Positions 12,028-24,758 of a stretch of DNA of 41,351 bases are shown in pieces. A model generated the notes under the pieces. That model had not been told where the DNA came from. It was given only the letters and a program-made list of their open reading frames with translations, and did not search any database. The first letter of the stretch is position 1. The number at the start of each line of letters is the position of its first letter. A program made the translations under genes and the position numbers. Source of the DNA: Catajapyx aquilonaris (Eukaryota). The stretch is taken from positions 1 to 41,351 of the forward strand of contig JYFJ02003455.1 in NCBI GenBank assembly GCA_000934665.2, read 5' to 3'.

Positions 12028-12175
12028 CAAGGGGGTAATCACTTCGGTACTCCGGTGTACACCTGGGAGTGGTACTCCCTGGTACTCCTCAGGCACCTCA
12101 CTCTTTATTACTCCGTGGTACTCCTTGAATTTGGTACTCCAGTGTACACTTTTCAGTCGAGTGAATACCCCCTTG
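12028..12175. mobile_element. hAT-like MITE, 148 bp
   Basis: TIR CAAGGGGGTA(A/T)TCACT, perfect 8-bp TSD GGAATATT, five internal GGTACTCC repeats. Confidence 0.85.
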
Positions 12176-12960
12176 GGAATATTACTTGCAGTGAACTGTT
12201 TCCAGTTTAGGTATTACTTAAAAAATATTAGTACAGCACGATAATCTTTTGACGTTTATCTAAAATTGCATGTAAATGTGCCTAAATTATTATTTGTGAG
12301 AAAATATGACAAATAGAAGCGAGTAAATGATTTCAATACTGCCCTTTTTGACATGGCGAACATCTTACGTAGTGCAAATCCTGAAATTATTTCCAAGTAC
12401 ATGTGGATCACGTCCAGAATTGCCCATATAATCCTGCAGTATCATACAGTTTTTGGCTGTGTCGCAATAAATAATAGTAATGAATGGCTCATTTGCTGAT
12501 GATGTGCTCTCAAGCCCTCGCTGGAATCCAGTAACTTATATTCTCGTCTTCTCCTTCCCTCCCTTCCCACAAAAAGAGAACTAAAGACACAGGTTGCTTT
12601 GGTGTCAGAGGTCAACCTCATTCAAATCCCATTTACCAAGTTTCGCCATTCCCCTCTAGCAGAAATAGCTCTCCTGGGACTCGAGGAGAAACACTGCTGG
12701 TATAGGTGGGGCGGGGAATGACGAGGGGGACTCCAAGGTCTTCGTTTCAGAAACCAGTTTCCAGTTATTAAATTTTTTAACTATTCATATGACTAGAAAG
12801 TTAATTCGCACAAAATTGCCCTATTTTATAGTTTGGGAGTAATAACTGAATGAACTATTGTTAGGAGATTTACAATCATATATATTACCCACAACATAAC
12901 TTCTCAAAACAGGGATTAGGCGACCTCTCCCTCACTACTGCATACCAGACACCCTAAACA

Positions 12961-13011
12961 ATCTGATTGGTGGAGCAGAGGGTGGGGGAGCCTCTGCTCC
13001 ACCAATCAGAT
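12961..13011. repeat. Perfect 21-bp inverted repeat with 9-nt loop
   Basis: ATCTGATTGGTGGAGCAGAGG / CCTCTGCTCCACCAATCAGAT. Confidence 0.9.
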
Positions 13012-14298
13012 CGGTGAGTACAGTGCGGTACAAAATAAATGCTCTTTTGAAACCTGACCGTGTATGGCTGAACCACAGAGTATGCAATATTCAGGACATG
13101 CATTTTTTTCAGAATTTAGGTACTGTAACACAATTCTGACCTATAAAAGTGGCTTAGTCCAGTGAGCTGCAAATGGAAAACACGAGGCCTTTAAGTAATG
13201 GTATAAACGCATTGCATGCATGTCCCAAATAGTTAGGATGCATCTGGCCTGCGCCCTGAGTGTGGGCCAACAGCATGCCTTTTCTAATCCTCTGCGCCGA
13301 AACTGATGAGCCAAGCCCTACTTGCGGTCAGACGCAGTGGCGTCTGATGGATGCAAATCGGCTCTGCTTTTTATAGGCTTCCCTCCTTGGCGAAAGCCTC
13401 AATCGATCATCCACAACCTCCCTCCCTTCCTTCCGAATTAAAGATGCAAAATATTATTCTCGACAATACGATCCATTTCTCCTCACCCCTGCTGGTAAGC
13501 ACTGTTGGAGCATCCCCCTCCTCTCCTCTTTCTCACCGCTCTTCCCTCCCTATTCGATATGAAAACAACTAATCCTTTCCGGATGACACCTTGATCCCGA
13601 GAAAACCATGTCGACATCCATTTTCTTTCCGCACCTTCAACCACACACCTACCCTAACAATGCTGACGTTGTCAGGATAAGGCCCGTGACTTATGAGGAT
13701 GTTCCATAATTGTATCCACATGACAAACGAGCGTCATTTTAAAGGACGCGGTCTTGGTTTGGTTGGGAGGGTGGTGGGGAAATGGGGGAGGGGGGGTGTT
13801 GAAGGGAGAGGGGAGGAGGGGAGGTTTAGGGGTGGGGCTGGGTGAGGACGGGGGAGTGGATCCAATTCGGAGCGCATGAATGCGCCCCCTAGCAGCCTGC
13901 AAGCAGAAGCGGGCCTAGGCGAGAACCGACGAACGGCATCATAATCTTGCACGTCACTGAACTTGATGTGACAGCATGAAATATTGACTTACCTACTGTA
14001 CTATCATCGGTCCTGTCCCTTCAAGAATGTTCACAGCTTTCTTCACCGCGCCTTCCGTAAGCGATAAATAGCCTAAATGGAAGGAGACTGGCTGGTTCTT
14101 TTACTTTTTGAAAAGGGAGTGATGAGATTTTTACAAGGACTGCCACGTGTTTGTCAACATTGAGCATCACTTATATGTTGACCTGAAATTCTGAATGATA
14201 AGAGTCGTATTTTGGTGGAGATTAACTTCAAAGCCCCAGGTTTTCACAGGAGTTACTGTAGTTAAATTGATCTCGATAGCGGTTCAATGTAGCCTATA

Positions 14299-14429
14299 CT
14301 ATCGGGTTCAAATACTTTTGGCCACTTTATTCTGGTCTTGAAGCAACCCTTCGCACAGACCCCACGTTAAGGAAGTGTGTGTGTGAAGGGTTGCTTCAAG
14401 ACCAGGATAAAGTGGCCAGAACACGATAG
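14299..14429. mobile_element. Palindromic MITE
   Basis: TA|CTATCG..CGATAG|TA; near-perfect arms of about 40 bp within 14319-14418. Confidence 0.75.
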
Positions 14430-14680
14430 TACGTGTAACAGTTTAAGCATATACATGTGTGTGAACTCTTTCCTAACTGCCAATATTTAACGTTTCACTA
14501 AAATTGCACGTTAAACCTGTGAAAAATATCTGCAAGGAATTAGCGGAAGTTATTATTTTATGGAAAAGTTTCAGTGACTAAGTGACAATGTGAATTAATT
14601 TATGAATTTAAATCGTTCTTGACATGGCGGATATCATGTGGGTTTCAAATACATGCAATTGACTGAATATTTACATTCCC

Positions 14681-14980
14681 ACCGAAGCAGTTTGGAGTAG
14701 GGGATATGGTGTCCGACTGCTAATCGGGAGGTCCTGGGATCAAATCCCGGGCCGCGGCCGACAACTCTGACCGTGGTTTTCTGTGGTTTCCCACGGTCCT
14801 TCCAGGAAAATTCCGGAGTTGTTTCCGTAATTAATGGGCCATAGCCGCTTCCTTCCGTCCCTATCCTATCCCAAAAAGCGCAGTAAAATGCAAGCAAAGA
14901 GTTCCAGGCAAAACAAAAACTTCCCCCCTAAAGAGCCGATAGGCTGATAACGGGGTATGAATTATTATTAATATAGTATT
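14681..14980 (+). mobile_element. tRNA-derived SINE, family B
   Basis: Ser(GCT)-like anticodon arm, B-box, ATT tail, 15-bp TSD AATATTTACATTCCC. Confidence 0.92.
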
Positions 14981-17009
14981 AATATTTACATTCCCCATGT
15001 GAATATACATGAAATTGAAAAAAAATCCGAGAAGTACTAGAAGAGTATTTTGAACTTACTGTGGAAGCAGTGAGGTTTTTCCAGGAAGATAGGTCTACTT
15101 TAAGATACAGTCCCATCAACTGCAGAATATTAGAACAGATATTTTTAAAACTTGTGTACCTGTACCTAGTTGTTTAAGATAATTAATTTGACAAATTTCC
15201 ATACATCAAGATGGCCTCAAGGAGACCTTAGCCCAAATGCAGGGCATGATCAGAAATTATTGAGCAAGCCATCCAAGAATATCCTCGATTGATGGAATTT
15301 TCTGGGTATTTGGTAAGATTAGGGTAATTCATCCATTTTAATGTGAGTAGCATAACTTTTGCAGGTGCACTTATAAGAAGTTTGTTTTTTCATTACTTTA
15401 AATTGACAAGGAGTTTACACTCATGCAAATACAAAACACCACGACTAGCATTTTGGTCACACTGCCGCGCACTGCCGACTCTCCTCCAGAAAATTTCTGC
15501 ATACCGTGATTTTCGTTATGACATCATAGAATCCATGAAACACGTTGAGGAAGGTACGATGTACTGTATTCATATTATATTTGGTTATGCAATATAATTT
15601 TTGCATCTTTAAACAAGCATTCACAACACTTTTGTTTTCATTTAGAAAATATAAGGGGACTATTGCGTCTACAAAGCCTTCTGCCGCCTACCACAGTGAG
15701 TGGTCGAAAATCTGTGGCAGCCAGGCGGAAACTACACACTGATGCCAATAAGTACAAGGGAGAGACGTTATTCAAGATAGTTCCGGTAGTTATACTTTCC
15801 TAATCGTTACTAGCCTGTAACACAATCATGTGGCATTCAGACTTATGACAATGATATTAATTTGTCATTCACAGGTTGGAAGATATAATAATTAGGCCTA
15901 CTATATCGAGAGTGGTTGAAGATTTCGGGTGAAATTCACTCGAATTTATTTGCGGAGTACATGAGGGTATTTCTTTGAAAATTTCACATCAGTTAATATC
16001 CAAGTGCTGAAATGTGATACTTTCGTGTACAGTACATTCGGCATAATTTGCTAAAGTGTTCCAGAATTGTTTTCCCTGCATGTGTTTATCTCGTAGAAAA
16101 TCTCGTATGAGTAGCAGCATCCATTATTACAAAAGTTGTCAAGTCATGCTAAAGGCAGTTTTCTGAACTCGACAGGCCACTATAAAAGATAGTGTGATTT
16201 GTATTCCTGTCGAACTAACGATAACAGATATGGCACTTAAAAAGTGGTCTAATGTGTCCAATAATGGACGCATAAGCTCATTCCTTGTACAGTATATGTC
16301 ACTCTAAAGCGAATATGTCCTCACAGGCTACAGGAAGATCCCACATTTCTTAAGCAAGCCTCAGAGGTAAAAGAAAAAAAAAGATAGGGCGGAAAAGAGC
16401 GACAAGGCTGCCTTGAAGCCTCTTCTCAGCAAGCAACCAATATCCCGGCCTGGCTTCTAATATCGTATCACAAGCAAGTGGCTTTTCCCAGGGTGTACTC
16501 GATTATGCGCCATCCCCATTCTCCACGCAATATGCATCGTCAGCGTATTTTGAAAAGGTACAATGTACAGGGTTGCCAACCCTTTCGTAATCAGGAGCTT
16601 TACGATCACATCTTTATAAGTGACAGCAACATTTCTTTGCCTTCGTATGTTAACACACGTGTAATATCTAGTGAATACTCAGCTTGACATGCAGTATAGC
16701 ATTATACTCTGATGGAATATATCAACAGTGTGACCCAACACAACAGGGGTCCAAGTCCGCAGTGATCAAAAATCAATGGCAATTGTTTTGATATCAAACA
16801 CTATTGTTGGCATGGAAATTTTTATATCTAGCTTGTGTGTATGAAAAATTAATTTATTCTGCACCCTCACCATTTTTATATCATGCTGAACTTTCGCCCT
16901 TGTTCATTTATGCCGTTCAGTGAAATGGTTTCAAGACATATTGATCCTAGGCAAGGTTTATCGATTTATTGTGACATAGAAAAACGATGTTTACTGGTTG
17001 CACAGCCTA

Positions 17010-17079
<70 letters not shown>
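17010..17079. repeat. (AAT)n microsatellite forming the tail of the adjacent SINE
   Basis: More than 20 perfect AAT units. Confidence 0.95.
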
Positions 17080-17410
17080 TGTGGGTAATGCTTTCACCCT
17101 TTCCGGGGTATATCGCATGGACCTTTATTGTATTTTGAGTTGTGCAGTACATGGTGCCTATTTAATTAAAGCCCGGGCCCACGGGCAGGATGACAGGAGG
17201 GGATGTGCAAGGTGCAGTGCATCTGACGCTGTGGCCATTTTAGTGAACTCCCCCGGGTGGTTTAGTCTGTGGAAATACCACCCGAGACGAAGCCAGAGGT
17301 GACCCTGAACTCTGCACGAGATGAAGGGGGGTGTCCCCGGGCTGGGATCGAACCCGGGACCTTAACATCCGTGGGTGCATACGTTACCGCAGCACCACTC
17401 CGCCTCCCCC
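17080..17410 (-). mobile_element. tRNA-derived SINE, family D
   Basis: Head GGGAGGCGGAGTGGTGCTGCGGTAACG..GGTTCGATCC; body similar to the copy at 34325. Confidence 0.85.
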
Positions 17411-17432
17411 TATTGGGCATATAAGGTGTATA

Positions 17433-17651
17433 CAGGGTGTTCCAAGTTCGTGGGCCACTTTTCTTATCACTAATATTGTTTTGTAGCTTGTTGTGCCCCT
17501 AATCAGTTGTCCTATTCTATATAGCGACTGCTTTATTCGATGACCTGGGAGTAATGGGGCAACTGATTAGGGGCACAAGCAGCTACAAAAAATTACCACT
17601 TCGGGCAATAATAGTGATAAGAAAAGTGACCCACGAACTTGGAACACCCTG
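17433..17651. mobile_element. Tc1/mariner-type MITE, CAGGGTGTTCCA family
   Basis: TA TSD; almost fully palindromic; four copies in the window. Confidence 0.9.
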
Positions 17652-19283
17652 TATTTAGCATCTCAGTGACTGATTATGTTTTTAAAAGGGCAAATGAAAT
17701 ATTCGATGTGGATGATTTGTTGCTGACGGATTAACCCAAATATGCCTAAATTATTTTTTGTTGAATTTTTGACATGGTGTTTTTATTAGTTCATAAAAGT
17801 TGTCAAAACACCACATAAAAGTTGTCAAAACACCACACTTGAGATACAACATTGTTTGAATGGAATGCTTGTTTGCCCCCTATAATTATGGGATAGGCCT
17901 ACTTGGAAAATGTGTATACTGTAATAGTTGTTGGTCCCCTGTAGGGGGCGATAGTCAAATCTGGGTCAATAATATTCAACAGAAAATAATATTGTATTGT
18001 ATCAATATGTAGTTCTCTATTCTAGACAGATCTTCATTTTATGACTAGACGCATTCACACAAGTTATGTATCAACCCAATTTAAAACTTTTCCTTGAACC
18101 TGCTTTCGTAACGATCATTTCAGAAAAGGAACTGTTGTGCCTAACGAAACAAGTTTATCGCATAATTTTCATTCCAGGTTTCGACTATAACTCAACAAAT
18201 AATTAGAAAAAAAAGTGATGTTTCCAAACAAAAGAAAGTGAATATCCAATAAAAATCTAAAGAATGTGGACCAACATGCTTCTCATGTCTTAAATATAAT
18301 CTCTTGTCAGAACGAATAGTGTTCAGGGTGCGAAAAAAATCGAATGATTACTAAGGCGAATTCACGCCATACCCACAAAAATTGAATGACTAGCGAGCGC
18401 AAACGAACTGCTCTCCGGGAATCACCAGATCCTTTAGTCGCTCAGCGGGCGCATGCAAAATAGCTTCTTGTGAGGAAGACTTGAAGAATGGCAGACATGA
18501 GTCTTCCTCGTTGTATGCGACAAACTCATATTTATCACTCCTTCATGAATATTTTGTGGGCTGCAGAAATGGAAGCGGGTGATGGAAAAATATTCGGGTG
18601 GGGAGATTGCACATAATATAGTCTCAAGATCGCGTCAAGGACCCCCCCTCTCAAATACTGCAGTGTGAGGCCATGCAACCCTGGCGATCAACATCGACTC
18701 TGACCCCCTGGTGGTGCTTGATCCCACTAGCTCCTTGTAATGTTGTACTCCTCCACCAATGAGCGAGCTGGAAATAAATCGGCAGCACTAGAGGTGAAGA
18801 AATCTAGCCATGCTCTCCCCTCCCGGTTTTGAATTGTGGCCTGTGTTCCCACCATCCCTTTTGTCCCGGGATTAGATCTTCATTACGCCCAATGAGACCC
18901 TACCTGCTGCTTACGCTTTTATTAAAATATAACGAGGCCCCGTCGGCATTTGGTACGGAATTATAAGCAGCGGCTTCTAGTTAATTAAGATCTCTGGAGG
19001 GGGGTGGGGGAGGAAAGGGCGTGGGACTCACCCCTATTGACTTGTAGTCCTATTTCTAATAATGTAACCGATATGACTTTTGGCGTAATTACAAGGTGCA
19101 ATTAGGAACGAAAAAAAGAGATGAGATTGAGCATGAATTTTTGTTCATTTTGAGTAAGCCGCTTATACAACCTCAAGGTTCTTGTATACGTAGGTATCAG
19201 ACGAGTAAGTATCAGGGATCAATTTTTCTCTTCAATAATAAAAGTCTTTAGATATTGTCATATTCACTACCTTAACTTTCATA

Positions 19284-19612
19284 TCTATCCATAAAAATAA
19301 AGCCGTTTGTGAGGCTGTCTGTCTGTCTCTCTGTCTGCCTCTCTGTCTGTCCGCCTGCCAACCGTCATTTGCCTGCCATCTGTGCTCCACCCCCAGGCCG
19401 GGTGAGGATGGAGGTGTTGGGGGTTGACTACAGATGGCAGGCAAATGACGGTTGCCGTTATACAGGCGGGAGAGGTTGAAGGTGTTGGCGTAGCAGGACC
19501 ACAGATGGCATTGGTGGGCGGACACACAGAAAGACAGACAGTTGACGGGGATACTGGCAGGTGTTTTCTCTTCATTCATTTCTTCCCGGGCAACGCCGAA
19601 TGCCGCAGCTAG
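19284..19612 (+). mobile_element. Non-autonomous Helitron
   Basis: A|TC 5' end followed by a CTGT-type microsatellite; subterminal CCCGGGCAACGCC hairpin; CTAG|T 3' end. Confidence 0.8.
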
Positions 19613-20562
19613 TTAATAATAATCAAGTACGGTACACCTGTGAAACTGTTTTCTAAACAGAAACAAGATTAGCAAATCACGAGAGCGTGATTCGACAAGA
19701 CTTTTTCTCATTCTTTTAACTCTTAAACTGCTGCAGCGTTGCCACTATTCTCCCACCGCTTGACTGAATCGTATTTAAAAAATTCAATATCTCACCAAGG
19801 CGATGTATTAGCCCCTTGTCGCGTATATCATTCGAACCGCATTGAATCGCTGCTCCCGCCAGATCTACTACGCACCTCCCACGATCTAGGCCGTGGATAA
19901 CATAACAGCCATAACTACATATATACTCAGCTACTCAGAGGTCAGAAAAAACGTAGCGGTGAAATTTACGGGTTCAAAGAACTATTATATGCAAAATATC
20001 GCTTAGATTCCGATATAACTCGTTTCTAAAGTCCCAGAATTTAGCTAGAATTCATACAATCTCTATCATTACGCATAGAACTCTTTCCAATATGGCGGCC
20101 GGAAGATGACTTCAGTCGAAAAAGTCCGACAAAGCACTTGAGCATGTGATTTTTGTGTTGAATTCTGCGTTTTTAGCTTGTGAATATGCCGAAAACCGCA
20201 TTCATTTATGATTTATAGTTGTTGTTTTTTACACAAAATTCTCAAAATATTTGTCCGGATTTGTCCGTGGAGGACGGACATGGCGGGGAGAGAGTGTATA
20301 TGAGGATGTGAATCGATATATCGATACCGAGATATCGTAACCTAGGCAACTCCGTATCGATTACAGTATCGGCCTGGACGATAACATCATGGCGGCTGAG
20401 GACCCGCATCGCAAACATGTCCAACGTCAGGAATTAATTCCACAGCCCCTGTGTCAGAGCGCCAGGTAAAACCCAGGTAAATCCCCGACACACCTGGTCA
20501 AGAATCCATGGAAACTAATTTCGAAATCCGACGATAACCCGCCCGTAAAGTAGACTTGTGTG

Positions 20563-20878
20563 ACCGAAGCAGTAGTGGTGGAGTGAATAGGGTATCCGAC
20601 TGCTAATCGGGAGGTCCTGGGTTCGAATCCCGGAGGCCGGCGACCCTGACCATGGTTTTCTGTGGTTTCCCATGGTCCTTGCAGGATAATTCCGGGGTCG
20701 TTACCGTAATATAGGCCACAGCCGCTTCCTTCCTTCCCTTTCCCTGCTTCATTTCAGATGATGAGAAAATAGTAAAAAAATGGAAGAGTTCCAGACAAAA
20801 AAATTGGGAGAAATCCCCCCCTAGGAAGGCCCGTAGGCTGATAATGGGGTATCAAATTATTATTATTATTATTATTAT
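20563..20878 (+). mobile_element. tRNA-derived SINE, family B
   Basis: B-box GGTTCGAATCC, (ATT)n tail, 17-bp TSD TAAAGTAGACTTGTGTG. Confidence 0.92.
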
Positions 20879-21660
20879 TAAAGTAGACTTGTGTGGATAG
20901 AGTGAACCCGGATAACCGGAAGTGGTGGATCACCGGATTGCCCATGAAACCTATTTAGGTCACGCTTAATCCGAATCCGAAAACCGTTTATCTCTATCGC
21001 TTGCGGTTTAGGCCCTGATACCTGTCCACAGACGGACAGACAGAGCCGTTCTATAAGTATTTTTTGTCGATGAGAAAAAGTCTAAAACAAGGGGTCGAAT
21101 TTTCGAAATTTTGACCCCTTGTATTTTTCTGCCATGTCCCTTTTTGGACTCTCTTGCAGAGACCAGAAACTCCAGATGCCAAGGCGCACTGTGCGGAGGC
21201 TGCTCAATGTGCATGTAATACCCTGTATTATTACTTTGTAATTTGGCCCGGGTGTAAATCACGTAGGTGGACGTTGGCACAAGTCCACGTACCAGAGTAG
21301 ATGCTGCTCCGCAATTAACTGGAGTAACTTTGATTAATCTTTCGTAGACTTGGTTCGCAGCGTGAAGGTTAGGTCGTTACGTTTATAGTGAGATTTATAA
21401 TAAAGCGGGTCGTCTGACAATTGGCCTATTTCACGCCCCTGTTTTAAAATGGTCTCAAGTTCATTTTATCCTAGATTTTAAACATTGTGTCTATGTCGTC
21501 AGCGTACAAGTGAAACACACTTGACATTGGAAGTCAAATTTCGGTTCGGAATTAAGTGCTATGTAGCATTTCAAATACCATATCGCTAGTTCTAAATATT
21601 CATAAGGAGCCAGGAAGCCAGCATCTTCTGTCTTCACTAGCATGTAAGCAAGTACAAGGT

Positions 21661-22308
21661 TGGGAGGCATGGTGGTCTGATGGTTACGCCATTGGCCAGC
21701 CAAGCGGGAGGCCGGGGTTCAAATCCCGTCCCGGTCACCTCTGCTTGCCCGGGTCTTTTTCCGCTTTTCACCCGACATGCCGGGGCAGAATTGCACTCCC
21801 TACTCTGCCCTGGGCCAGGAGAAACGGTCTGGTGTATTTCAGAAAGTCAGAAATGACTATAAATTACAGCGCCCTCCCTTGGGAACCTCCCCTTCACCCT
21901 TAAAGGAAGGGTTCAGTGATTTTGCATGTTGAGCCCCAAAAATCAAACACGACTCCCTGATTTGAAATATCTGATCCGTTTTGTTGGCAAATGCACCATA
22001 AGCGTAAAATTTCAAGTCAAAGTTGATTTTAAAAAAAAAAATCAGCGCCGAACACGGCTTCCCTCTAGCCACAAGAGTGGAAGCTTCGATGCAGCGCACT
22101 GGTGGCAGGTTACCGGAATTTCCGCGGGAGGCGCTGGCTGTACGCTTACCGTATCGAATACAGTAGCGGATATGGACTTTCACCTAACGGAATTTGTTTA
22201 CGCGGCGTCAGATTCCAAAACTGACCACATTTTTGGAATCAGGGAGTCTTCCTTGATCTCTGAAGCCCAACATACAAAATCACTGAACCCTTCCTTTAAA
22301 AGGGCTAA
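21661..22308 (+). mobile_element. tRNA-derived SINE, family C, interrupted at its 3' end by a MITE
   Basis: A-box TGGTCTGATGG, B-box GGTTCAAATCC; TSD AAGTACAAGGT at 21650-21660 and 22309-22319. Confidence 0.85.
21904..22295. mobile_element. TTAA-target MITE (Kolobok-like AG termini)
   Basis: TTAA|AGGAAGGGTTCAGTGATTTTG ... CAAAATCACTGAACCCTTCCT|TTAA; imperfect IR extends further inward. Confidence 0.85.
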
Positions 22309-22756
22309 AAGTACAAGGTCAAATCTTTGCATTCGATTATCTTCAACGTTAGTATGTTTCACGACAAGTAATAGCCGGATATAATTTTTTAAACATGTGT
22401 CTTTTTTTAAAACGTACTTGTTCATCATATCCGTACATTAACTTGCCCCGTAATCATATTAACTACACAATGCGTAGTACAGCTACAAATTTCACGAAAA
22501 GAACGACCAGAAAACGCAATAATTTTTTTAAAGCACAAAAGGTGCACCGAACATAATTTTCTATCCGCCGGCTACACACCACCTGTTTTATTATTACCCC
22601 ATTCGCCCCAAATCTTTATAGCTTAAAAAAAGAGCACGATAACAGTTCATAATTTTTGCACCCCAAGTACCTTATTACTCATAATCGCCGAGTCATTTTC
22701 CACCATATTTTTTTTCTTCATACCCGCATGAACAGCGGACACTATTAGAAATATAC

Positions 22757-22960
22757 CAGGGTGTTCCAAATTCGTGGGTCGTTTTTTATAACTGATATCA
22801 CCAGAAGTAGTTATTTTTGTGTAGCTTGTTGTGCCCCGATCCAGGTTCTCCATTACTCCAACGGGGTCGAATATAGCATTTATTATCTGGTTAGTGGCAC
22901 AACAAGCTACTTTGGGCGATATCAGTTATAAAAAATGACCCACGAATTTGGAACACCCTG
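22757..22960. mobile_element. Tc1/mariner-type MITE, CAGGGTGTTCCA family
   Basis: Long TIRs matching the 17433 copy. Confidence 0.9.
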
Positions 22961-22964
22961 TATA

Positions 22965-23554
22965 CATGGTGTTTCAACTTTTTTGTCCGAACATTTATCG
23001 GATAACTGCACGTAGCTGCTACTTTTTTGTTACCCCGTGATAGGGCCAGAGGCCCTCTTAGAGGGGAAGGGGAAGTTCCCAAGGGAGGGCGCTGTGCGGT
23101 AGTCATTTCTGACATTCTTTAAACACCAGGTCTTTTCTCCTGGCCCCGGGCAGAGAAGAGAGTGCAATTCTGCCCCGGCATGTCGGGTGAAAAGCGGAAA
23201 AAGACCCAGCCAAGCAGAGGAGACGGGGACAGGATTTGAACCCCGGCCTCCCTCTTGGCTGGCCAGTGGCGTAACCACTAGACCACCATGCCTCCCTACG
23301 TAGCTGCTACTTTGTAAGCAGTGACTTGCAAACGGTGATTTTTCGGAGGGACGGGGAATATTCCCTGCGAATCGTAGATTGAAGTGGCACACCCGCTGAA
23401 AATTGAGGGTCACACATGCCATGGGATGTGTGACCCTCTTTTTCCCCATTCCCCATTCATCCAACAAATCACCGGTTGCAAGTCACTGCTTACCAAGTAG
23501 CAGCTACATGCAATTTTCTAATAACTGTTCGGACAAAAAAGTTGAAACACACTG
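22965..23554. mobile_element. Tc1/mariner-type MITE carrying a SINE
   Basis: TIR GTGTTTCAACTTTTTTGTCCGAACA, TA flanks, long imperfect palindrome. Confidence 0.85.
23026..23297 (-). mobile_element. tRNA-derived SINE, family C
   Basis: Full head and tail; 16-bp TSD ACGTAGCTGCTACTTT. Confidence 0.92.
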
Positions 23555-24192
23555 TATATTAAAAAATAATTAAGGAATATAATATAGCACTAATTGTGTC
23601 AGCTGTGTGAGGATATTTCCTTCTTCTTCCAGCCCACCCTCGTCAATTCGGCTTCTCTCTTGCGGCAATATTATTCCGACTCTCATAGCGTGAAGAGTGC
23701 CTTCAAATGAGGCTGAGCTATAAAATAAGGGCCATCTTAATTCTCATCTAACGAAACCGGGGGTGGGATGAGTCGGATGAGGGAAGGAGAGGGGGAGTCT
23801 TCCGCTACCAAAATAGGGCATTATTCCAGCCTCGTTTATCCCTTATGAGAGTCCTGGCTAGCAGCCAGCCTTCCCTAGGCTCACTCCCCTCCTTCCCCCA
23901 CCTCCCCTATTCACTCTCTTGGCTAGAGAGGGAGAGGCGGAGAATTACGTCATCCGAGCTGGCAGCTTTCACTAGGGATTCTGGAGGCTGGAATTCCGGA
24001 AATCTCCAGTCCCAAAATGATCCCGGCCTACAAACATGGGACAAAAATTGGGCTCAGACAATGCTGGCCCTACCCAACACTGCTAATTTGCTAAGTTATT
24101 TAGTGCTGGAAACTACCATAATTTTGGTTCATTTTCGAGGTGGTGTTAGGTGATCTCCAATTTTTTGTTGTTTACTAAACCGTAAAGGTGTA

Positions 24193-24405
24193 CAATCCCG
24201 AGCATAAAGTTGGAGACGCTGCGGGCTTTCTCTGACCTTCCTTTATCGAACTTAAATTAATTGACTCTTTTTGGACTGAGTTAGCTGCTTTAGGCGTGTG
24301 TTCGTGTATTTATAACCATATTATTTGATACTGTAATTACTTAGATTTGCTGAGCACCTTGCTGAAGGGGAGGGCCGGTCGTCTCCAACTTTATGCTCGG
24401 GACTG
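24193..24405. mobile_element. Tc1/mariner-type MITE
   Basis: TA|CA(A/G)TCCCGAGCATAAAGTTGGAGACG TIR. Confidence 0.85.
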
Positions 24406-24613
24406 TACCTGCCTTCAATAAGCTGTGGGACCGGAAGTAGTTGTCTTTACTGTAACTGTGGGGACTTTTCACTCACCTGTGGGGACATTTTCCCCACTTG
24501 CGGGGACGTTTACGGTCCCCACAAGAAAATTGCGGATTTGCTTTTGCAGCAGTGGGGACAAGTCCCCACTATTTCCAGTTGCAGGGTTTTAGAAAAGTCA
24601 ATTTTTCTCAGCC

Positions 24614-24699
24614 TAGGTTACGTAGGGTAGGGTAGGGTAGGTTAGGGTAGGTTAGGATAGGTTAGGATAGGTTAGGATATGTTAGGTTAGGTTAGGTTA
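24614..24699 (+). repeat. Degenerate (TTAGG)n-like array
   Basis: Mixed TTAGG/GTAGG/ATAGG pentamers, preceded by GTGGGGAC repeats at 24457-24569. Confidence 0.85.
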
Positions 24700-24758
24700 C
24701 ACTAGCATTGAAAAGTTGTCTTTTTCACATCCCCACACCTAATAGGCCGCAGGGATGT

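Noticed and set aside
13296..13350. Hammerhead ribozyme (GAAACTGATGAG)
   Set aside because: Core boxes overlap in the wrong arrangement; stems I and III cannot form.
13760..13860. G-quadruplex-prone tracts (also 808-831, 30210-30245)
   Set aside because: Low-complexity sequence common in such genomes; nothing links them to a function.
14681..14760. Real tRNA genes at SINE heads (also 155, 20563, 21661, 32586)
   Set aside because: No proper acceptor stem; each continues into a SINE body, tail and TSD.
21857..22428. Long ORFs of 108-152 aa here and at 23030, 32492, 34329-34974
   Set aside because: They lie within SINEs/MITEs and show no recognisable protein motif.
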